Shown piece by piece: positions 8,205 through 15,569 of a stretch of 25,287 nt of DNA (its first letter is position 1; each line of letters starts with the position of its first letter). Both the position numbers and the translations under genes were made by a program. The stretch lies in contig CBDANQ010000026.1 of NCBI GenBank assembly GCA_965197725.1, positions 1 to 25,287 on the forward strand. Reading direction: 5' to 3'. Origin of the DNA: Longimicrobiales bacterium (lineage in GTDB: Bacteria; Gemmatimonadota; Gemmatimonadetes; Longimicrobiales; Gaopeijiaceae). The notes under the pieces are model-generated. The model made no database searches. It saw nothing but the letters and a program-made list of their open reading frames with translations, and was not told the DNA's origin.

Positions 8205-8663
8205 TTACCTCGCAATCATCGTTCGAATCTCATCGAGCACCGGCTCGCCGTCGGCGGTCTTCACCTCCAGCGTGCGCTCGGTGAAGATCAGCGGTCCGGT
8301 CGCTCCTTGCTTCTCGAGCAGATTGGTGATGCGCTGCGTCCCGATCAAGCGGTCACCGGGCCTGATCGACCGATGCAGCCGCAGCTTGGTTCCGCCAGCC
8401 ATCACGCGCTTCAGCGGCAGCTTGGGGCCAGCACCATCTCGCGCAAGCCCGTCGGGACGCATGTTCGCCATTTGCTGCAGCCGCTCGAACAGGTTGAAGA
8501 TAAACATCGGTGGGGCCTCGTCGCCGATCACGTATTTTTGCTGCACCTGCTCGGTTGCGATCGCGTATTTGACGATATCTCGACGGCTGATTTCGACCTC
8601 GACCGGAGGCTCGGGCTTACCGATCCAAGATAGATGCTCGTCGGTCAGCAATGAAGGCATCAT
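8205..8663 (-). CDS. MaoC dehydratase N-terminal-type (FAS1-like/HadA-like) hotdog protein
   Basis: Motifs WIG..E, ISRRDIVKYAIA, APPMF, GGT.L.LHR.IRPGD.L and KQG..GPLIF. Start at 8663 or 8660. Confidence 0.85.
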   Translation of the reverse strand: MMPSLLTDEHLSWIGKPEPPVEVEISRRDIVKYAIATEQVQQKYVIGDEAPPMFIFNLFERLQQMANMRPDGLARDGAGPKLPLKRVMAGGTKLRLHRSIRPGDRLIGTQRITNLLEKQGATGPLIFTERTLEVKTADGEPVLDEIRTMIAR

Positions 8664-8766
8664 GCGACTCCGTTCGCGATTGTGTTGGCACTCGCAGCGC
8701 GCACCCAGCAAGCGGCTTTCACCCTTAGTTGGGGACTGGCCGTCGTCGCAACTCCCGGCACCGGCG

Positions 8767-9336
8767 TCATGCGTAAATATTGTCTCCGACGCCCATCATG
8801 CGGGAGACCCCCTCGTTCTCCTGGGGGACCGATGGGCCGTCCCGGTCCGTCGGGTAAGGGTGCCACAGACCGAGCACGTCGTTGAGCTCGGGGTACTTCG
8901 CAACCGCCTTGGCGTTGTCGCCAACGGCTACCGTCTCGGACCACGTGTGAATGGGCTGGAGGTAGCTGCGCCCGTAGATGAAGGGAAGGGTAATGCGCAT
9001 CCCGGGGTTGTTCCGTGGCCGGGAGCCGTGCCAGATGGCGAGCGAGCCGGCACGGCCTACGAGCGGCACCGGCTGAACCGGGGCGTTCTCTTCCCACCAG
9101 TTCGCCTCGTCGGTTCGAGGTATGCGCCCGAACCGGTGGCTACCCGGGACGAGAACGGTCGGACCGTCCTCCTGGTCGGTGTAGTCGGTGAGTAGCCATG
9201 AGATGTTCACGAGCTGCGCCCATTCGGGGAGTGGGGAGGGCACACCGTGCGTGTCGGTATGCAGACGCATGTAGCCGTCCGGATTGAGTCGATCGGGCGT
9301 GCCGATGGTCTTGATGATCGCCGGTGTGCCGAACGT
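8767..9336 (-). pseudogene. 5'-truncated phytanoyl-CoA dioxygenase (PhyH, Fe/2OG) family gene
   Basis: Contains LHTD, NISWLLTDYT..DGPT.LVPGSH and AGSLAIWHG, but the reading frame emerges directly from the GGT-like stop. The N-terminal region present in the intact paralog at 24381..25181 is missing, and the distal-His region is 5 aa short. Confidence 0.75.
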
Positions 9337-11030
9337 CAGCGCTTGAGCCCGCCGGCCACGCCCATGCGGCGCGGGTCTGCGGTCGCCCCGAGCTTGCCCG
9401 TGCTCTCGTCGCGCCAGCACACCTGGAACGAGCCCATGTGGAAGTCGTACACGGGGGTCACGCGCAGGCCGACGCCGAGCCGCGCCAGAGCAGCTTGGGC
9501 CTCGTCGCTGACGCGGTCCTCCATGTTGAAGGAGTTGCCCTCGTCCATCGGGCCCATGCGCGGAGCGTCCACCGCCGGGTAGGGGTCCATCTCGAAGTCG
9601 AGCAGATTCGTGAGGACCTGCGGCACGGTGAAGGCCACGTTGCCCGGTGAGCCGAGCGAGTACACGGGAGCGCCATCTCTGAGCACCATGGTGTTGCCAA
9701 TGGTGCTGCGCAGGCGGAACCCTTTCCGGATCTTGGCGTCGATCGGACTCGAGTTCGAGCCGAAGGTGGCGTGCGAGCCCACCATCGGTACCCCTCCGAC
9801 GACCATGCCGGGAATGCCACCCGATTGGAGCGTGTTCATCATCTGCACCCAGTTTCCCTCTCGATCGACGACGGCGAGCTCGCAGCTCCCGGCGGGCTGA
9901 TGCTGGCGGCTGCTTCCGCCGGTCGGCTTGCCCGCGTGCACGAAGCCGAAACCAGGATCACCCGGCCCCTTGGTAAGCGCGGTGTGCTGCGTAAGGTCGA
10001 CCTTTGGTCGGGAGCCCGAGATCAGCCGGGCCAGCATGCGGTGGTACGCGTCGTCGAGCAGCACGTCTAGCGGGACGCCCTGCCCCTTCGGGTCGTTCGC
10101 GTACTCGTAGTGCTGCTGACCCTTGCGCAGCGCGTGCGCCATCGCGTAGAGCGCGTCCCCCGAGCCCGGCTCCATCTCGCGCACTCCGAGGTGCCTCAGG
10201 ATACCGAGCACGATCGCGCAGAAGATGCCCTGGAGCTCGGGCGGCCCGAGGCTCGCCACTTCGTACTCGTGGTGCGGGAAGCAGACCGGGTCGACCCAGC
10301 GCGGCGGTGTCTCGGTCATGTGCTTCTTCTTGATCTTCCAGCCCATCTCGTTGGCCTTGCGGATGAACTGCTCCGCCCAGCCGCCGGTGATCATGTAGTC
10401 GGGGCCTTCTTTAGCGACGCCTTTTAGTGTCGAAGCCATCTCCACGCTACCGAAGCGCTCGCCGACGTTCGCGAAGAAGCCAGCCGGCATGTAGAAGGCG
10501 CGTCCCTCTGGCAAGTACGTGATGAAGTCCTGCGCCCACACGTTCACGCCGTACTCGAACGAAGAGACGGGGTGTCCCTCCTCGGCCCAGTCGATGGCGT
10601 CCTCGCAGAGGCGCGCCCACTTCAGGCTGCCGAAGCGCTCGTAGATGGCCTTGAGACCCGGCATGAAGCCGGGGATGCACGATGACGGTGGACTGACGGC
10701 GTAGCCGACCGACATGCGCGAGACGGGCTTGTGCGGGCGCAGCCCGGCCGGGAAGGTGCCGCTCGACTCGAGCTGGTGGAGCTGGCCGGTTGCCGCCTCG
10801 TAGTAGAGGAACGTGACCGTACCTGTATGGTTGGTCATGAAGGGCTCGACGGCCGCCTGCACCATGCACCCCGCGATGGCCGCGTCGGCGGCGTTCCCAT
10901 CCTCCTTCAGGACCTCCTCGATCGTCTCCGTGACGATCGCGTTGTCCGTGCTGACGGCGGCGCGGAGGCCGGTCAACGGCTCCTTGGATCCGGGATTCCG
11001 CACGTAGCGAGAGACGGGCTTTCGAGCCAT
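9336..11030 (-). CDS. Gamma-glutamyltransferase-family Ntn hydrolase with non-canonical active site
   Basis: Motifs GNAADAAIA...AAVEP, IPG...GL, RFGSL.W..L...AI..AEEG, VVDREGN, GSPG, AVDAPR and ADPRR.G. Nucleophile position reads S-C-E instead of T-T-H. Probable start ATG 11030. Confidence 0.88.
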   Translation of the reverse strand: MARKPVSRYVRNPGSKEPLTGLRAAVSTDNAIVTETIEEVLKEDGNAADAAIAGCMVQAAVEPFMTNHTGTVTFLYYEAATGQLHQLESSGTFPAGLRPHKPVSRMSVGYAVSPPSSCIPGFMPGLKAIYERFGSLKWARLCEDAIDWAEEGHPVSSFEYGVNVWAQDFITYLPEGRAFYMPAGFFANVGERFGSVEMASTLKGVAKEGPDYMITGGWAEQFIRKANEMGWKIKKKHMTETPPRWVDPVCFPHHEYEVASLGPPELQGIFCAIVLGILRHLGVREMEPGSGDALYAMAHALRKGQQHYEYANDPKGQGVPLDVLLDDAYHRMLARLISGSRPKVDLTQHTALTKGPGDPGFGFVHAGKPTGGSSRQHQPAGSCELAVVDREGNWVQMMNTLQSGGIPGMVVGGVPMVGSHATFGSNSSPIDAKIRKGFRLRSTIGNTMVLRDGAPVYSLGSPGNVAFTVPQVLTNLLDFEMDPYPAVDAPRMGPMDEGNSFNMEDRVSDEAQAALARLGVGLRVTPVYDFHMGSFQVCWRDESTGKLGATADPRRMGVAGGLKR

Positions 11031-11059
11031 TGGGGGAAACCGCGAGTTAATTGGCAGAG

Positions 11060-11068
11060 ATCTTACCA
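11060..11068 (-). promoter_or_regulatory. Candidate extended -10 promoter (TGgTAAGAT) for the GGT-like gene
   Basis: Minus strand TATTGGTAAGAT in an AT-rich spacer, about 30 nt upstream of ATG 11030. Confidence 0.45.
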
Positions 11069-11088
11069 ATATCGCGGGCGGTGTGGTG

Positions 11089-12003
11089 TCACCCGCGGAA
11101 GGCTGGCAACACCTCGGTCGCCATGAGACGGTGATTCTCTTGCAGGTGGCTCGACGGACACGCCGACGCGAGGATCACGGTGGAGGCGCCTGCGTCAGCA
11201 TATTCGCGAAGGCGGGCGATGCAATCTTCCGTGCTTCCCGCTAGCGCGTACTTACCGACCAGCTTCGAGAAGTCCTGGTTGTACTGAACCGAGAGCTGCT
11301 CCGTCGCCATCTCAAGGCCGCGCTCGCGCTCCTCGCTGACCGCAAAGAACAGAAATACGCCCGGGGTTACGGGATCGCTGCGACCGAAGTCCGCCCGGTA
11401 GCGGGCAACGGTTTTGATGCTCTCGGCGAGCATCTCGGGCGTGTACATGTAGGGCAGCCAGCCGTTGGCAAAGCGCGCGGTGCGCTTCATCGCTGCCTCG
11501 CGCCTGCCCGCAACCCAGATCGGAGGATGCGGCTTCTGGACCGGTTGCGGGGCCAACGTAACGCCGGGGAGTCGCGTGAAGCGCCCGTCAAAGTGGACCT
11601 TCTCTTCGGTCCACAAACGGGTCAGGACTTCGAGCGCTTCGTCGGTGCGCACGCCGCGCTCCTTCACGGGGACCCCGCAGGCCTCGAATTCCGGGGCAAA
11701 CTCACCCCCAACACCTACGCCCAGGTGGAAGCGTCCCCCGGAGACGACGTCGAGAGCGGTGACCTGCTTGGCAAGCAGTGCCGTCCCGTAGAGAGGAACG
11801 AGGGTGATGGTGCTCATCAGCTTGATCCGCTCCGTCGCGCCCGCGGCCGCCGCTAGAGAGATCAGGCCGTTGCCGGTCGGCCCGTGGAAAAAGACGTGCT
11901 CTCCGGCCGTGACGAACTGATAGCCGAGGTCCTCGGCTTGCCGTGCTGCCAGTGCGACGTCATCGAGCCGACGCAATGAGAGGCCAAATTCGATCTCGGA
12001 CAT
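11089..12003 (-). CDS. LLM-class (luciferase-like) flavin/F420-dependent oxidoreductase
   Basis: Motifs AEDLGY..V..GEH, AAAAGATERIKL, LAKQV.ALD.VSGGRF.LGVG.G, EF.ACGV, PVQKPHPPIWVAG and R.ARFANGW. GGAGG RBS. Confidence 0.93.
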   Translation of the reverse strand: MSEIEFGLSLRRLDDVALAARQAEDLGYQFVTAGEHVFFHGPTGNGLISLAAAAGATERIKLMSTITLVPLYGTALLAKQVTALDVVSGGRFHLGVGVGGEFAPEFEACGVPVKERGVRTDEALEVLTRLWTEEKVHFDGRFTRLPGVTLAPQPVQKPHPPIWVAGRREAAMKRTARFANGWLPYMYTPEMLAESIKTVARYRADFGRSDPVTPGVFLFFAVSEERERGLEMATEQLSVQYNQDFSKLVGKYALAGSTEDCIARLREYADAGASTVILASACPSSHLQENHRLMATEVLPAFRG

Positions 12004-12049
12004 GAAGAGTTGCCTCCAGCTTCGGGGTATTCCCGTTCAAGACCGTGAG

Positions 12050-12868
12050 CTATTGGCTCACGTAGATACCGCCGTTTGGTGAGAGAACTTGACCGGTTAC
12101 GAAGCTCGACTCCTCGCTCGCCAGGTAGACGGCTGCCCAGGCGATGTCGTCGGGTTGGCCGAGGCGCCGCAGCGGGGTCCCGGCGGCAACATGCGAGAAG
12201 ATCGCACGGATCGGCTCGGTCCCCTCGGTCTCGACAAAACCAGGAGCGAGCGAGTTTACGCGAATATTGCGGCTCGCCAGCTCCTTGGCGAGAGAGCGCG
12301 TGAATCCCATGATCGCCGCTTTGGCCGTGCAGTAGTCAATCGCACCGGCGGTTCCGTTCGAGCCCTGGATCGACCCCATGTTGATGATCACGCCCGAATT
12401 CTGAGGACTCATGATGCGCAGTGCTTCTCGGCTGCAGAAGAAGGTTCCATTCACATGGACGCCTATCATGCGATGCCATGCGGCGTCGCTGAGATTCAGC
12501 GTAAAGTCCCAGTGGGTCTTGATCTGCCCATGCTCCTGCATCTCGGCGGCCTGCTTTCCTGCCGTTTCGAGCATTTCACTCACGTGGGCCTCGCTGTGGA
12601 GGTAGAATCCGGCGTTGTTCACCAGGATGTCGAGGCGGCCGTAGCGCTCCGCAACCTGCGCGAACATGCCCGCGACGCCGGCCGAATCGGATACATCGGC
12701 AACGATGGCGTCACCATCGACTTCTTTGGCGGTTGCCTCCGCAGCCTCTCGCCTCAGGTCGTTGATGATGAGTTGTGCACCTTCGGCGTGAAAACGGCGC
12801 GCAATGCCCGCTCCGATGCCCGAACCGGCACCGGTGACCAGGGCGAGTTTTCCGTCGAGTCGATTCAT
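12050..12868 (-). CDS. Short-chain dehydrogenase/reductase (FabG-like SDR)
   Basis: Motifs TGAGSGIG, LDILVNNAG, IINMGS, YCTAK, NIRVNSLAPG and FVTGQ.L..NGG. Confidence 0.95.
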   Translation of the reverse strand: MNRLDGKLALVTGAGSGIGAGIARRFHAEGAQLIINDLRREAAEATAKEVDGDAIVADVSDSAGVAGMFAQVAERYGRLDILVNNAGFYLHSEAHVSEMLETAGKQAAEMQEHGQIKTHWDFTLNLSDAAWHRMIGVHVNGTFFCSREALRIMSPQNSGVIINMGSIQGSNGTAGAIDYCTAKAAIMGFTRSLAKELASRNIRVNSLAPGFVETEGTEPIRAIFSHVAAGTPLRRLGQPDDIAWAAVYLASEESSFVTGQVLSPNGGIYVSQ

Positions 12869-12904
12869 GGAGCCTTCCGTTGCACGTCGGCCATCGAGGT
12901 GTGT

Positions 12905-13828
12905 CTACGCGGAGAGCTTCAGGGCTTCGGCCAGCTCGTGAAGGCGGTCCGGACTTGTCAGGAATTGGTAGTGAGTGATCATGCCTGGCGGCGCGGGCAT
13001 CTTCTCGGGTGAGCCGGGCACGTAGTTGAATAGGAAGCCGTTGAATCCCAGTTCCTGGTAGGAACCAATCAAGTCGTGCATCGCCTGGATCGACTCGAAC
13101 GCGGTCCGCTCCGCGAAGCCGCACAAGAGCCAGCGATCGATGGACTCTGGGTCGCGGCCGGCGTCGCTGACGTACTGGGAAAAGCGATCCGTGAGGGCCC
13201 TCGTCTCTTCTAGAGTCCGCACCTGGCCCTCCATAAACTCCATCTCACAAGCCACCCAAGCGTCCGCGTGCCTCGCGGCTATGCGCACGGACCGGGGTCC
13301 ATCAGCGGCCACCAACAGGCGCGGTCGGGGTCGCTGCAGCGGCTTTGTAAGCATCAGAGCTTCAGCCACCTCGTAGTACTCACCCTTGTACGTTGTGACC
13401 TCCTGTCGAAGCATCTGGTCGACGACCGTCACGAATTCTCCCAGGCGATCCACGCGTTCGCGCAAGGACCACATCGGTACGCCGGTCATGCTGTGGTCGA
13501 AGGGCGAGCCGCCTGCGCCCAGGCCCACTTCCAGCCGTCCGCCGGAGATGTGATCCACCGTGAGCGCGTGTTGGGCGATCACGGCTGGGTGCCGGTAGAT
13601 GGGGCTCGAGATCAGGCTTCCGATGCGGATTCGCTGTGTCGCGTTCGCCAGTGCTGCGAGCAGTGTCCAACACTCGAGCCAATCCGTTCTCCCAAATGGA
13701 TTGGCGAAGTGATCGGCCAAGAAAGCGCTGTCGAAGCCCGTCGTTTCCAGATCCTCGAAGTGCGCGAGCACATCAGGCCAACTGTGTTGTTGGAGGAATT
13801 GAACTCCGAAATGGGGGCGGGTACTCAA
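12905..13828 (-). CDS. LLM-class (luciferase-like) flavin/F420-dependent oxidoreductase
   Basis: Motifs GFDSAFLADH, ECWTLLAALA..TQRIRIG, RHPAV.A....TVDHISGGRLE.GLGAG, PLQRPRP and ARHADAW. TTG start with GGAGA RBS. Confidence 0.92.
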   Translation of the reverse strand: MSTRPHFGVQFLQQHSWPDVLAHFEDLETTGFDSAFLADHFANPFGRTDWLECWTLLAALANATQRIRIGSLISSPIYRHPAVIAQHALTVDHISGGRLEVGLGAGGSPFDHSMTGVPMWSLRERVDRLGEFVTVVDQMLRQEVTTYKGEYYEVAEALMLTKPLQRPRPRLLVAADGPRSVRIAARHADAWVACEMEFMEGQVRTLEETRALTDRFSQYVSDAGRDPESIDRWLLCGFAERTAFESIQAMHDLIGSYQELGFNGFLFNYVPGSPEKMPAPPGMITHYQFLTSPDRLHELAEALKLSA

Positions 13829-13913
13829 CGTTTTCTCTCCAGGGTGTTCGTTAGCTCAGGAGGCACCAAGCGTACATGGAATCCCCGCGTCGTGGGGGTG
13901 GCGGTCGCAGGCC

Positions 13914-15569
13914 TCAGCTCGAATCGGATGGATCGTACCCGTACTCCCGGGCCGCCGTCTCGGGGGTGACAAATCCGTCCTCGAGGTCACGCTGCACGCG
14001 CTCGCGGGGGCGATCGCGCGGATCGCCGAAGCCGCCCCCGCCCGCCTCGACCAGCGTGATCCGGTCGCCGGGCGCGAGCTTGTAACGCCCCTTCGGATCG
14101 ATGGGAGATCCGTTGATCCGGTGCTCGCGCCGATGCCCGTCGCTCCCGCCCGCGAATCCGAGCGCAGCGAACTCGGTGCGGTTCGCCATGCACTGCACGA
14201 CGAACGGGTGCCCGCTGTCGTTTCGGATGACGATCTCCTGACCGAGTCCCCCACGCGAGGTGCCGGCGCCACCCGAGTCCGGCAGGAGGCGCTTGCTAAG
14301 GACGGTGGTGCTTGTCAGAGTCTCCCACACCTCCACCGGCACCACAGCCATGTTCGAGGGCCCGGGCAGGGTGTCGGCCCCATCGAGCCCAGCAAGCGCC
14401 CCGAAGCCGCCGGCCGCGAAGTAGATCGTCGACACGTCGTGCCCGTCCCGGTGCCGGCCCTGCACCGCGAGCAGGTTCATCATCCCGCAATCCGCCTGCA
14501 CCCGGTCCGGGGCGGCCTCGGCGAGCGCCCCGAAGAGCAGCGGTGAGACATAGTGCCCGATCATGTGGCGCGCCCCGGTCGCCGACGGGGGACGTGCGTT
14601 CAGGATGCAACCCTCCGGCGCAGTCGCGGTGATCGGCACGGTCATCCCGCCGTTGTTCGGCAGCTCCGGCACGGTAAGACACTTTGCGGTGTAGAGCACT
14701 ATGGCGCGCGCGTAGCAGAAAGGGACGTTGATCCCCCGGCGCACGCTCCCGCCGGTGCCCTCGAAGTCGGCGTGCAGTCGCCCATCGCCCACGTCAATTC
14801 GCACCGCGAGGTCGATCGGCGCGTCGATCCCCTCGATCGAGATCGTGTTGCGGTAGCTCCCGGGACGCATCTCGCGCAACCGCTCGCGGATCGCGCGCTC
14901 GGAACGCGTGCGGATCTCTAGAGAGAGCTCGCCGAAGCCGTCGAGCCCGTACTCGTCCAGGAACTCGAGGAGCATACGCTCGCCCACCGCGGTTGCGGTC
15001 ACGTTGGCCATCAGGTCGCCCACCACCTCCTCGGGGGCGCGCACGTTGGTGCGCACGAGGTCGATCACCAGCTCGTTGCGCCGTCCCGCCTCGAACAGCT
15101 TGCAGATCGGGAGCCGCAGCCCCTCGTGGTAGATCTCCTCGGCGGTGGCGCCGAAACCGAGGCCGCCCACGTCGGGCAGATGGGTGATGCTGATCACGTA
15201 GGCTACGATGCGATCTTGGCGGAACACCGGACGCATCACGTTGATGTCGAACATGTGTCCGGTACCGAACCACGGGTCGTTGGTGATCACTACGTCGCCG
15301 GGGCGCAGGGTCTCGGGCGGGAACCGCTCGAGCATGAAGCCGAGCGTCGCGGGAGCGGTGCCCATGAACACCGGCACGCTGTAGGTGCCCTGCGCCATCA
15401 GCTCGCCGTCCGCGTCGAGCACCGCCACCGTGAGATCGTAGCTCTCGGTCACGATGGTGGAGAACGAGGTCCGCACCAGGGCCGAGACGATCTCGTCGGA
15501 GATCGCCACCAGACGGTCCCACGCGATTCCGACCCCGACCGCGTCGAGCGCTGGACGCACAGCGCTCAC
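13914..15569 (-). CDS. hyuB: Hydantoinase B / oxoprolinase family subunit
   Basis: Motifs RTSFS....ESYD, LRPGDV.ITNDP..G.GH..D, HLPDVGG, IYHEGL, PVEVWE, DSGGAG..RGGLG and GGGGFGDP..R. GTG 15569 forms a GTGA overlap with the hyuA stop. Confidence 0.92.
   Translation of the reverse strand: MSAVRPALDAVGVGIAWDRLVAISDEIVSALVRTSFSTIVTESYDLTVAVLDADGELMAQGTYSVPVFMGTAPATLGFMLERFPPETLRPGDVVITNDPWFGTGHMFDINVMRPVFRQDRIVAYVISITHLPDVGGLGFGATAEEIYHEGLRLPICKLFEAGRRNELVIDLVRTNVRAPEEVVGDLMANVTATAVGERMLLEFLDEYGLDGFGELSLEIRTRSERAIRERLREMRPGSYRNTISIEGIDAPIDLAVRIDVGDGRLHADFEGTGGSVRRGINVPFCYARAIVLYTAKCLTVPELPNNGGMTVPITATAPEGCILNARPPSATGARHMIGHYVSPLLFGALAEAAPDRVQADCGMMNLLAVQGRHRDGHDVSTIYFAAGGFGALAGLDGADTLPGPSNMAVVPVEVWETLTSTTVLSKRLLPDSGGAGTSRGGLGQEIVIRNDSGHPFVVQCMANRTEFAALGFAGGSDGHRREHRINGSPIDPKGRYKLAPGDRITLVEAGGGGFGDPRDRPRERVQRDLEDGFVTPETAAREYGYDPSDSS

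Noticed and set aside
8685..8711. CIRCE-like half site TTGGCACTC, and a sigma54-like TGGCAC-N7-GC
   Set aside because: The second CIRCE arm is absent (ACCCAGCAA). The sigma54-like site lacks TTGC and points antisense to the local genes.
13851..13877. 8-codon minus-strand ORF MYAWCLLS upstream of the LLM gene
   Set aside because: Too short to support, with no attenuator structure. It overlaps a candidate -10 box, which explains the sequence equally well.
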